Shown here piece after piece: positions 1-13,629 of a DNA stretch of 64,000 nucleotides (its first letter is position 1; each line of letters begins with the position of its first letter). Below the pieces are notes generated by a model. It did no database searches and was not told the origin of the DNA. It worked only from the letters and a program-made list of their open reading frames with translations. Origin of the DNA: Chrysomallon squamiferum. Taxonomy: Eukaryota > Animalia > Mollusca. The stretch lies in assembly GCA_012295275.1 (NCBI GenBank), contig CM022674.1, positions 5,580,001-5,644,000 of the forward strand, in the 5' to 3' direction. A program made the translations under genes and the position numbers.

Positions 1-1375
1 ATAAAATTGTAAAATCTCCAGTTAAATTAGGTCCATTCAAAATAAAAATAATGTTCAAGAAAACAAAATCCATGGGTAAAAAAAAAAAAATTATATCTGT
101 TTTTGATATTCAGTTACCTTCTTGTCAGCTTATTTTTTATAAAAATTCCTGAATTTAAGACAAAATTATTATTATATAGATATTAACACGTACTTCTGAA
201 GTAAATCAATACCTTATTTTTTTTTTTTTTTTTTTTTTTTTTCATATATAAAACATTTCAAGTTTCTTTACCAGTATTTATCAACGACAACAAAAAGACA
301 ACAAAAACACAAATTCCAAATTAGAATGTATTAAATGGATGATGAACAACACTGCTGCACAAACTAAAATACTGGATTTTGTTTAGAACAAGTCACTGAA
401 TTAGTGAATATTAAACAAAATTCTAAAACAAAGAAAATGTCAAACTGCTTAGAATAAATCCTAAGTCCTATGAATAAAACTGAATTAGTGAATATTAACA
501 AAAACACTATCCACAAAGAAAATGCAAGCTACTCTTTAGAATAACTCCCAGCTCATATGAATGAAATGGAACGAATTGTAAGCCAACATAAGAAAATATC
601 AAGCATTGTGTATCTCCACTGAAAGAATGAAGCTGATGTACAGATCAGGTGATTCTCGAGAGTCACAAACTGTAAAACTAATCAAAATGTCCACAGAATC
701 TAACATAAGGTTTATATATTATTAACAGAATTTTACTTGATGATTCTTAGCATTGATGCTGTTAATGTATAATTAATTGATGGCAGATTTTTAAGAGTGC
801 AGTGTCTTAATTAAACTTCTGCTGTTGTAGTTTGCAGATCATAGATTATTTCTGGGAAAATACAGGTTTCTTTTATATGACCTTCAGACACACAAAACAG
901 TGTCATCCATAAGCAGTAGTACAGAAGACAATAGACCATAAAACCAAATTGCTCTAAACCACTGACTAAATCCTGATCAAAAATGTTTTTAAAAATTTTT
1001 TTTTGTTTTCAGTATACCATTCTTCATATATATTTATTTTTTTATTTTATGAAATTTATTTTGGGAGGGTGATGTTGTGTTGTTGTTTCTTTTGCTAATA
1101 TACATAATCTACCTACTTTCTGGCTTCTTTGACTTTTAATTACTACTTGATACATGTATCATATAAAATTATTTATCTGGTTTTCAATTTGTGTTTTTTT
1201 TTTAACAGACTAATTGTCACAAGTATCATAAAAAAAAAAAAAATATTTATATGATTTGTTTATCTTTTGATTACTATTTTATACAGGTATCACAAACAAT
1301 ATATACCTCGTTTTCTGTTTCTTTGATTTTTAGTAACAATTTCATACAGGTATCCTAAAATTTTTTATTATTTAC

Positions 1376-1555
1376 CTGGTTTTCTGTTTCCTTGTCATTC
1401 ATGGCCAGTTTCATTCGCTGCAGCTCTCCTTCCAGAGACCTGCGGTTCAGTTCCAGCTTAGTGCAGCGGTTCTCTGCGTCGTCAAGGTTACCACGGAGCT
1501 GTTTCTTGTCCTCTTCCAACTTGGACTCCGCCTGTTTCAGTTTACCAATCTTCTC
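1376..1555 (-). CDS. CROCC: Rootletin exon 26
   Basis: 180 nt, phase 0-0, EKIGKLKQAESKLEEDK...ETENQ. Confidence 0.93.
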
Positions 1556-4500
1556 CTGTGAAAATAAAATTATTTTTCAATTTTAAATTATAATATGTGT
1601 TTAAAAACCCCTGACACCTCCTTGAGGGATTTACTGATGTTCCCTGTTGTATCAATTTTACCCAACCCCAGAATATATACAACTACATATCATATACAAA
1701 ATAAATTTAATAAAATATTACACATTTTATATATTTTTTTTATTTCTAAGAGACTTCCCTACTCAGCTGATTATCTGAATACTCTTATCTATCTTTGTTT
1801 ATTTTATATATATTATATTTATTTTTTTTAATTTCATTATTATTGTTATTATTAACATTAGTAGTTGTAGAAGTAATACAATACCAGTAGTAGTAGTATA
1901 TTTGCTAATAGTAGTGCTATTAGTTTTATATCATTATATTAATCATCGTCATCATCATTATTGTTATTCTTGTTGCCATAATTATTATTATCATCATCAT
2001 CATCATCATCATCTTCTTGATTAATATTTCATACCTGCAGTTGTCTCTTTTCTGATTCGGCTGCAGCAAGGGTTCGTTCCAGATTGCTAATCTTGTCAGC
2101 CATTGTTTTCCTCTCCCTCTCATTTCTGCGGATTGTCTCCTCTTGAAGCATGAGGGCAGTCTGAGCGCTGGCAAGGCGGCCATCGATACCTCGTTTGTCT
2201 GTGAATAGTTAAGTGTAAATTAATAGTAAAAAAAACATTTGTTGAAAAAAAGATGATGTAAATAACTGAAACACATTCAATAAAGGCAGTACAATAAAAT
2301 TCAAAGATGCATCAATTGATTCTTAATTATGTTTTATTATATATATAATTATCTTTATTATATATATAATTATCTTGACACAGTGACACATGGGCTATTT
2401 TATTCAGGTTCATACTCTATGTCTAGATTTGTCTGTAGTGAAATGCAACTATTATATTTTCTATTTTCTATGGACAGACAACAAGAGCTTTATATCCTGT
2501 ACACAGGAGAGGCTTGTTTGAATGTAAATATATTTCAAATGATTGATTAACTACTGTTTGAGTCGTCCTTATTTACTGACTAGTAAATTATCTCTTCTTT
2601 AAAAAAAAATTTAAAATATATATATATATATATTAATATTTGAAGTAATAAAGATAAATAAACTAACCAACTGAATTTTGTTGTTGTTTTTTTTAAATTC
2701 GTTATTCAAAAAATTGGGGGCTTAAATTATTTTTAATGTGTTTTCATCAGGCTTCACTTGACCACAGGCTCTATCAGACAGTTCAACCCAAGTGAGTCAA
2801 GTGAATTCTCTCTGGAATAAAGATATCTCAAACTTATTAGCCTCTGAATTGTGCTAGCATAGCAACTCAAAACCCAGCTAGGTGAACAAATATTGTTACA
2901 GGTGAAGATGTATGTCAGATTATTACCTACAGATCTCTGTGATCACAAAAGACCTGTGTATCTTATTAACCTGTCAGTCTCAGTTAGCCATTTGACAATA
3001 AATGAACCAATGTGTAAGATCAACAGTCAGTCCTGTACCATACAAACCATTCCTTTCAGCCAAATATTAACAGTTAAAAACAACAAAACAAAAATCCAAG
3101 CTTACCTGAGTCAGCAACAGCATTGCTCGAAGATATACATAGATTATAAAGATACAATACACACAGAAATAAAGATATACAAGAATAGGGTCATTATCGT
3201 ATTCAAATAATGTTTGACAGGTCTGTTTGTTGCAAACTAACAAACCGAATAAATTTGAAGTAAGTCATTACAACAGTAGATGTGAGAGATATTGTATACA
3301 GTATTCAATATCCTTCGTATCTCATAACATAATCATGTTTACTGACTATTACAAAAGAAATATATTCCACCCCTAGTCATTACAAAGCTGTGTTGATTCT
3401 ATTTGTTACACTGAATGTAGTTTTGTGTATAGAACTGTTTCAATTCAGTAGTCAAGATAAATAATGTTATAAATTGTACAGCTATATCAATAAATCAAGA
3501 AATATAATTAGTTTGTCTTTCAGTTTTGTGGTATATCACAATTGCAAGTCATTATGTATTGACACCTACACAGAAAGCTAACAACAGTGTTTAATAATTT
3601 ACAGATTTCTCTCTTTTTATATTTTTGTGAACATCAAAAGAACAGAATATACAATAGCAGTACTTAACTTTCAGCTGAAATGCTGTTCGGATATTAAAGA
3701 AACAACTTTTACATTCAAAAAAATAACAGTAAAGAAAAGATAAAGTGGCAGCAGTACAGAACAGTTATTAATATATACAGAGTTGAAGTAAGTTCAGTTT
3801 CAATACAGCTAGCAGGTTTCATACAGTGTGAAACACAGCTGTATGATTTGTTGTAGTCCACACATTTTATCAAAAGATTTTGACTAACTTACGCCCATCT
3901 GCTATACTATATCATAATACAGTCACTAGCCCATACCTTTTATTTAATTTTTTTTTAAACTTACTTTAGACACCAAAGGGGTTGCTTATTTAAACAATTG
4001 TATTTACTAATTATTTATATACATATTGATTAAAGTTTATATCTAAGCATATACATATAATTTTATTTATTTATTTATTTATTTATTTATATTTTCGTTT
4101 TTATTTTTATTTGCTTGACATCTTTTCAAGAATCAATTAAAAATAAATTAGGATATTCACAACCAATGTAAAAATATGGTAAGGAAATTGTAAGTGAAAC
4201 TAGATAGTGGAATAATTTACATGTATTAAAACAAAAAAGTAAAATAAAAGAAAATAATGGCTATCCAAATTGTAATTTAAAAAATAGAATAAGAAATTGA
4301 AAACACAACTGAAAAATATTACCTAATAATGATGACAATTAATTTTTTTTTTTTAAATTTATAGCATTTTAAAAGATAATGAAGTATTGATAAAAAAAAA
4401 GCATAATAGAAACCACAAAATAATAGTAGTGGTAATAATAATGGCAATAGAAGTAGTAGTTGTAGTAGTAGTAGTAGTAATAGTAGTGACATCAGTGGAA

Positions 4501-7500
4501 GTAGTGGTTGTAGTAGTAGTAGTAGTAGAAGTTGTAGTATTATTTAGTGTAGTAGCAGTAATAATAAAAAATATATATATAAACAATAATAATAATTGAG
4601 ATTATAACTGAAGAATAATAATAATTGAGATTATAACTTATATATTTATAATTTATAAATTTCAAACAAACCGTCATTAACTGGCAGTGCTTTCTTGGTA
4701 TCAAAATGTGTAATTACCAAAGGCAATAAAGAGTCTTCATTTTCTTTCAAAAACCTTTTAGAACTTTCTCCAAAATCCGGCAGTGACAATTTGTATGAAG
4801 ACAGTTCATATAAACGATACATGGCAGTGAGATTTTTCAACAAAATATTGCACAAAATATTCAGAAAAGCCAAAAGTAATGAAACTGTTTTCACTTTTTA
4901 TGTTATAATTATTCCTTTTTCTTTCATTGAATTATATTATTTTTATTTTTAAGAAATTCTGAAACACTCTATAAATCCACTTCAGAACCTGCTATTTTTA
5001 AATTTCCTGAAACACATAATAATTATTATTGTGTTTTTTGTTAACCTCAGCAATCATACATTTTGAAACAAACTATAATGATTCTGACCAATCATCTACA
5101 TCCACATATTAAGTTTTTAATACAATAATCTAACCAATCAGAATCCAAAAATTCCAGCAAAGGAACAAAATGCAAAACTTAAACAATATCCAAAATACAG
5201 CCTTCAGCTGTTAACATATAAACCAACACTCAGTCTTGTTATCCACAACTCTGCCAAAATAGGTCTCAGTTTCGCTATACTGAATAAGCAAATCTGGTAT
5301 ACTGTTAACCAAACAACCAGTGCCAATATACACTCCAAAACATATTGAATCAGGCTGATATAAGTTTTATAAGCTATTTAAGAGAAAAAAAACAACTACA
5401 AGTAGCACTTTTAAATGTTGTGCTTATTGACCCATGAAATAAAATTCTTTTCACTTTTTTATGTTGTGTTATTACTTCTGGTTATGGTGTACTTTTTCAA
5501 AGACTGCTATAAATTTAATCTTCTCTCACATATTTCTCATACTGGACTACCGAGAAATCCCAATACTTAACATGACTGAACCTGCTGAATAATCTTCTTC
5601 TATAAACAAATGTTTTTTTTATTTTTATTTTCTTCACTACACATAAATAGCAAACTTATTTATTTAATTACAAGTTTACTTGTTCACCTATTTATTTATT
5701 ATCTATTTATTTGTTTAGTAAAACTATTTAGAATTATGCACGCCTTTTCAATAAGCAATAAATTTTACAACAAAAGAATTTGTTTACTCAAATCCCGGGT
5801 TTCTTTTTCTTTTGTTGTTTGTTCTGAGGAATACAAAATACAGTTTACATGACTGTATAACTGCTTTCTGACAAAATACAAAGAACTTGATCCATTCTTT
5901 TTCATGAAGGTAAAAAAAAAAAAAAAAAAATTACAGAATTCTTTCTCCTTTGATTTTCAAATATGATGAATATAAAGAGCTTTATTTTTTTATTCTTGTT
6001 TTTTCACAGCCTGATTACAATAACAACAATAAAAGTAGTTTAACAAAGCAAACCATTATTTTTTTTTTCCCCTGTTAAATAACGTTTATAGTCCTGTTGA
6101 ACAGTTGTAAATCCATACACTTGCATATAAAGAAAACTACATGTAATCTGAATGAAACAACCTAGGACACCTCTGCTAAATAACAATATCCTATCTTTTT
6201 ATTTCTCCATAATGCAACCAATATCATATCTTTACATTTCTCAATACACAACCAAATTGTAACAGAACCTACACATTTGCATCAATATTAATGAACATTC
6301 ATACAGATTACTGAACTGAAGGTGAAGGATAATCACTATAATAAATAATGAAGAAAAAAAGAAACTAAAAAAAACAACTAAAAAAAAGAAAAATGAAAAC
6401 AAGAAAGAAAATACCTGAGGAATAAAATCTATATCTACACAGTGATCATAGTCTCCTAGCAACCAAGAGACAGGTCTAAATAATTAATGACCAATGAATG
6501 GATAAAGTGATAAGGAACAAGCAAAGTTGACTCTTAGAAACAAACATGTCAGTTAAAAAGAAAGCCTTGTTTAATGTAGTTTGGGCTAAAAATGCATTAA
6601 CTGGCATTAAAATGTTATTTTATAGGTGTGTACAAATCTGTAAAGTAAAGTATACTTGTAAAATAGAAAGATTTAATACAGAGATAACAGTTATTGTTAC
6701 TGTTCTTAATGATAATATTGCTTTTACTTTATAATTTCGATTCAGCCTGTTTATCTTGCAAAATTAAATATTTTCTTTATCTAAACTGTAGCAACAATAA
6801 TTATAAATATAAATTATTGAGATACTTTATTAGATAAAGAAGATTATAGAAAGAGAAAAAGAGGAAAAAAAAAGGTGTGTGTGTGTGTGTGTGTGTGTGT
6901 GTACATATGTATGTATGCATATGTACACTGTATTTTTATGAATAACAACATGAATATGTATGCATATGTATTTGTATATGTAAGCAGCATTAATAAATAA
7001 GATTGTGTTTATTTATACAATAATATAATTTTACATAAACCTGTGTTTACCAATGCCTTCCACAGGATTTATCACATGAGTTAACAGATTTGTGTATTAA
7101 AAAATATCTTTACAAGAATGAAACAAAAACACTGCTCTTCATAGAAACAGTAGAGGACTCAGTATTGTTCCAGCAAAAATTCTATACACTAAACTGCATC
7201 TTTTAGAAATCATGATCCATTGTTTAATAAATAGCCATTAATCTAGTGTATTGTCATAACATAAAGAAAGGATTAACGAACAAGAAATGTGGACAATCCT
7301 TAACAGCTGCTACTGTGAATTACTGAAAAAATATTTTGGTTTGTTTTGTATATAATAACAGTTCATTGGTGATAATCTTACCCACTGTAAATAATTAAAG
7401 AAATGCTTGAAGAATACAGTGTTTGGAATGAAAACATGTAACATATATATATATATATGAAAATATATATATATAAATGTTTATTTAGTGGTAGATTTCC

Positions 7501-8470
7501 TCTGCTATAACATTTCATCTAGAGAAACAGGTTTCATTGATAATAAACTTACACGTTTGTTAATGATTAACAGAAAACTCAAAGGAGTGTGAAATAAAAA
7601 CATCTATTGTGTCTGTACTTGATACATTTTAAAAGTCCCCAACAGATCAAATAAATGTTGTAATATTAACAGATTATTTCATTCATTTACTTTAGTTTTA
7701 TATGTAACAAGACTTCGTCCTACAGAATTAGTCAGATTGTTTATATTTGTATACAAGATTAAAAAAAAAAAGGGTTATTGTTTTTCTTTTTCTTTTATCT
7801 TGAAAATGTTATGTATTTGTAACATTTTTATTTCTTTTGTTATTTTTGTTGTTGTTTGGGTATTTTTGTTGTTGTTACTTTTAAATTAATTTATATCATT
7901 TAATATTTTTTCTTTCTGCATTTTAATTTTGTTTATTATTATTAATTTTATTTTAATTTTTATTTACTGTTTATTTAACAATTTATTGGGTGTTTCTCTT
8001 TTTTGTTTTTTATTATTATTCCTTTTTTTAATAGTAGTATTTGTTTTCTTTGTTTATTTGTTCCTTTTTATTATTGTTTTTAATATTTAATAATTTTGGG
8101 GGGTTCAAGTTAATCATACACATGTAATAAATAAATTTACCTTCTTCAACTTCACAGAGAGCCTTTTGTAGCTGTGTGATTCTGTTCTCAGTTCTCTCCC
8201 TTTCCTGTTCAATGTCCTTCATTTGAGTCATCATGCTGTGAACTTGAGCCAGGGCATCATCCTGTAACAAACAGATGATTATTATCATCATCACTGATAC
8301 AACTCTGTTATTAAATAAATCTCTTTCTCTCTTTCTCACTCACTCTTTCCCTTTCTACCTCTCATTCTTTCTCGCTTTCTCACAAACACATACACACAAA
8401 AATAATCTGAAAATAAAACCGTTTTTAAAATAAAAATAAATGACAAGACATGGATGAAAGATTTGTTTGA

Positions 8471-8542
<72 letters not shown>

Positions 8543-10860
8543 GAGAGAGAGAGATTATAAGAATAACAGTAAGAAGGAGATGGAAAAAGTATAAGAATAA
8601 TAAATAATAGAAATAATAAAGAGTTAAACATACTCGTTCTCTCTCTGCACCAGCCAGCTGTTGCATGAAGCTGCGTAGTGCCATTCGGACAGCCTCGGGG
8701 TCAACGTCGACACCAGAAATCTCATACAGACGACTTGGTGACACACTTCGACTTCTGAGTGGGCTTCCAGAACGAACTGGTGAACCTGTCCTAGGTATCG
8801 GACTTCCTCGGCCTTCAGTGGTTGTTGCATAGGTGTTGTCAAATCCTGAAACGCAGAAATCAAGTTTTTAAATAATAATAATAATAATAATAATTTTAAA
8901 AGAATATTTTTTAAAATGGTCATATTTCAAAAGAACCCTATTTAAATACTATGTTTACATTTTAACATTTAGATCAACCTAAGACACATCCAGTGGAAAT
9001 TAAACATCAAAATAAAACAATCTGAGGTAACCTTTAACTAAGATAATTCTTCCTCTGTAAAAGAAATAAAAATTAACGAGACAGCTCTTCCTCTGTATAA
9101 TTCACCAATTAATTCTTCCAAAGTTTGACACTTAAACGATCATTTCTTTTGCACTGTGTAATAATAATAATTTCAGGCAAATATTTAAACCATAAAAGCA
9201 TGCAACATTTTTTTTTTTTTTTACCTTTAGATGGAGATGCTGGCCTTGACCTCCTTGGACTGGGACTGCGAGATCGAATTGGACTTCGAGACCGCGGCAT
9301 TTCCTGACGGAATCCGATTGTACGGCGAAGACTGGAAACGATGCTGTTCAACTTGAATTCAACGTCGTGCTTGGCGCCCTCGAGTCGCGCCAGAGCTGCT
9401 TCGAGGGCGTTGACTCTTCCTTCAGCTCCGCTCAGTTTGAGTCGGAGCTCAGCGGCGTCGGAGTTGGAGTTTTCCAGCTGGATTTCGAGGTTGCGGCAGT
9501 TGTCGGCAAGTTTGCGCTCACATCGGTGGCTGTCCTCCAGTGACAGCTGGTAATCCTTCTCCTTCAGTCTGGACTCGTCAATCAGTTCAGCCATCTTTCT
9601 CTGGAGACTGGCAACTTCTTTACGAAGAGCCTCTCGACTTGCTTCTGTCTCCACAACCTAGAGAAACAAAATTAAAATATATTATCATCATCATCATCAT
9701 TATTATTATTTTCTTCTATTCTTTTTATTTTTTTTATTGCATTTAAAATCTATTATTTTGCAATGCACCAAGACCAGTCTAATAACAGATGCTTTTTAGA
9801 ATGTAGGACAGCAGATACATTGTTATCATTGATATCAGTAAAGAAATACAGTTTATGGTATGGAAAAAAGAAAACTGTATTTCCAAAGCCTCTCCTCAGT
9901 AAAACAGTTTTCTGGTATTTCACTCCTAAATGTAGAAAATTTTCCCATCAGATAATAATAACAATAATGATGATGATGATGATACTAAATGATGAACTGA
10001 CTTTTAAAAAAAAGCCAAACATTTCGGTAGAAATATAGTTAAACTAATATTAGATCTATTGCAGTAACTATAATCATTTCAGATTTTTCATTTTAATAAA
10101 CATTTTACAAGTAACAGTATAACACTACATTCCATTTACTTATAAAACTATTACTGATACAACTTAATCAGTATCACATTAAGTCAACCTAGCACTTTCT
10201 TTACATAACCCTGATAATAATAATTAAAGAACTTTATGGTAAAATTTAATAAAATTTAGACAACCTAATATTATATTTAAGCATTATAATGCCTGGAGTT
10301 CAATAAAATGTTACTTTACCTTCATTTTTAATAAACACAACAATTCCTATGACTGAAAATGCAGTAACAATAGTAGAATAAAAAAGGTTATATTTAAATG
10401 CTTGTACAATATCAAGCCTGGGTAATGTAACTGTAACTTAATTTCAGTTTTATAACAGTTCAATATTAGCACCTCCAATACTCAACACACAACAGCTGTC
10501 AGTTTAGTTAAATAACTGTCAAATGAGATAGTCAGGAATTATGGGGTTAAATACCAAACCAAAATAGACACCTTTCCAGATGACTGGAATATTAAAATAA
10601 ACATCATGCTATATTGCATGCAGTGTTAATTTCATCAGTATTATCCTCGCAGCTGCTTTAAATAATTGATTTACTTTCTCAGTGAAGATAAAAAATATTC
10701 CATTAAGCTTTTGGTAAATCATTTACAGAATGTTCATCAGGTGTAAAATGAAGACTGCAGATTTTTCATGCTTTCTGCATCAGCTTTAGTAGCCCTATAA
10801 CCATATAAAGTCTGTCAGACATTTTAATACCACAGTAGTAATTGTGATATATTCTGTTGC

Positions 10861-10905
<45 letters not shown>

Positions 10906-13590
10906 CATAATTATTGTTATTATTATGAACATTATCATCTTTATTATCTCATATCTGTTATCAGTAGTAATACTAGTTTTACATTGTTGTTGTTGTTGTT
11001 GTTTTTGATGCTGTTTTTACTATTACTGTTATTATTATTATTACTATCATCATCATCCTCCTCTAACGATAGTTACTATCTCATTAATTTTATTAGTATT
11101 ATTATGAAATAAATGGTTTACAACATAAATTTTTACCCTCTGCTTAAGATCAAATGCATGTCGGCGGGACTCTTCTTCCTTCTCTTCATCACGAGCGACC
11201 CTGACCTGGAGGTCGCTGACCTCCTTTCCAAGCTTGCTTCGCTCACTGTCAAGCATCTTCACTTGTCTTCGCAGATCCTGAAGCTCTCGTCGAGCTTCTA
11301 GTCGAGCTTTCTCAACCTCGCGCAGATTGGCTCGCAGTTCATTACAGTCTTTCTGAATAGCGTCCACCTGGTCATCAAGAACTGGAAACAAAATTTATAT
11401 AATTTATCTTTATAATATAAAGATGTTAAAAAGTGTTTAACAAACACTAGCAAAGGATTGAGAAGTGGAAGTTTTTTTAGTATAACTCATTAATTACTTT
11501 AAAAGAAAAATATCCATTTACGGTGAAACTGTCCAGCCAAAACTACTTTAAAAAAAAGATATCTATTTAATGAAGAAATTGTCCAGTCAAAATTGCAGTA
11601 ACCAAACAAAAAGAAATGTCTCTCTATTTACGAAATGGTTCAATTAAAAACCTATATTCTACATGCTGCATCTTTTCTTCCAATCAATGGGATAACATGT
11701 ATTATTAACACTATATCTGACATCCAGTGAATTTAATGAAATGTTATGTATTATTTACCACAATAAGTATATTCATGACATCCACTGAAAAACCACTCCC
11801 TTAATAACTGTTACTCAGTGAAAATGTGTTTACTGTATAATTTTATTAGCATATTAAATGCCAAACTCTACTTTACATCAAACAAATGAAACATCACATA
11901 CTATTTATTCTATCAACCAATAAAAAGCTTACTTCCAAATTGTCTTCTTTACATCTAACCAGTCAAAATATATTTACTCTTGGTATCAACATTTTAACAA
12001 ATGATGAAAATCTGTGTACTACTTACATCCAATATTAACAACCCAATGAAAATCTGTACACTATTTCTATCTGATATTAACAATCAATGAAAATCTCTGT
12101 TCTGTTTAGATCTAATATTAACTATCCAATGAAAATCTCTGATCTATTTACAGCCAATATTAACAACCAATGAAAACTCACTTCCAATTCTCTGCTTGGC
12201 ATCCTGTAGAGCCCTGTTCAGCTCAGTCTTATCTACTTCTGCTCGTTTCACTGTTCCTCTCAACTCATCAGCAGTCTTGGCAAAAATTTCCTTCTCTCTG
12301 ATCTCATCATTCACAGATCGTTTGAGATCAGATATGTCCTTGCGCATCAGTTCCTTGTGTTCTTCAGCTGAATTAGAATCAAGTTAATTAATAATAAAGT
12401 GCAATTTTTTTTTTTAACTGAAACACATTAGACAGACTGAGAGTGAATGAAATAGTACACAGAAAGAAGCAGTGCAAACAGATATGCAGTAAGAAAAGGA
12501 AAGAAGAAAGAGAGAAAGAAAAGAACAGAAAGATAATCAGACAGACAGACAATACATAAAAATTTAAAAATTATATCTTTCAGTATTTATACAATCAATA
12601 TTTAAATGAAAACTTGAGGGATTTTACATGTTTTTTTTTGTCTTTAAAAGAAAAAACCCAAGGATGTATGAACAAATGAATAAATAAATTGATCAATAAA
12701 TCAGCAAAAGAACGAAACAAAGCAAGACTGAATGAAAGCAAGAAAAAACATTCACCTTCTCTGATTTTTCTGTTAGCTTCAATCAGATCTCTGCGTATGG
12801 TATCTCTCGTCTCTTCCACCAGTTTGAGTTGAGTTTTGAGTTCTGAACACTCCCTGAGTGCTGCGTCTCTCTGGCGACTCACATCTCGGATTGCAGAGTT
12901 CAGTTCCTTGATCTCTTTCGAATGTGCCTCCCTGATACATAAAAATTTGTAAAAGTTAAAAATGATTTTGAAAATTCTGATAGCATAATCAGTTTAACAA
13001 AAATGGATTAAAGAGAAGTAAAAATGTCTATATTGCTGATTTTAAGAATATCAATAAATGCTGAGAGAATAACTGAGATAATTTGAAAAAATAAGCTGCA
13101 TGATTTATAATTAAATTCCTTGTCATTCCATAAAAAATAAAATAAAAATACAATTAATTACAAATGCTATCAAACCATGATGTGACGCATTTTAATAAAA
13201 AAAACTACAATATATCAAGATAACAACTATCATTATTTTTTTTATTTTTTTTACTTTATCTCACTTTAATTAAACTGTTTACTCATATTAACCAGAATTC
13301 AGATGCAAAAGTTCACTCAATCTCTAGAGAGAGAATTTGAGCCAAGACCAACATCTTGATAATCCAAAGCTAAATTAACTTACATAGTTTCTTCAAACTG
13401 CATGCGGAAGTTTTTGAGCTCAGACTGCAGATTGTTAATACTGTTTCGGTCCTGCTCAATGCGAGCCTGGTACTCTCGTTTGAGTCGCTCATACTCAACA
13501 TTCGCACTGGCCAGATCACTCTGTAGTTGACTGTGTTTCTCCTGCAGAGTGCTCTTCTCCTGTTCCAGGAGTGACAGAGCCTGTTGGGGA

Positions 13591-13629
<39 letters not shown>

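Noticed and set aside
1392-1586. Plus-strand Ser-rich ORFs overlapping rootletin exons (also 9341, 12196, 15347, 18084, 23311)
   Set aside because: These are antisense shadows of E/K/Q/R-rich coiled-coil codons.
3100-3140. Strong minus-strand CAG|GTAAGC donor
   Set aside because: I found no good acceptor or phase-1 start codon to define an exon.
6415-6475. 61-nt minus-strand AG...GT segment (possible poison exon)
   Set aside because: It has a stop in the required phase, a modest donor and no homology, so it cannot be distinguished from chance.
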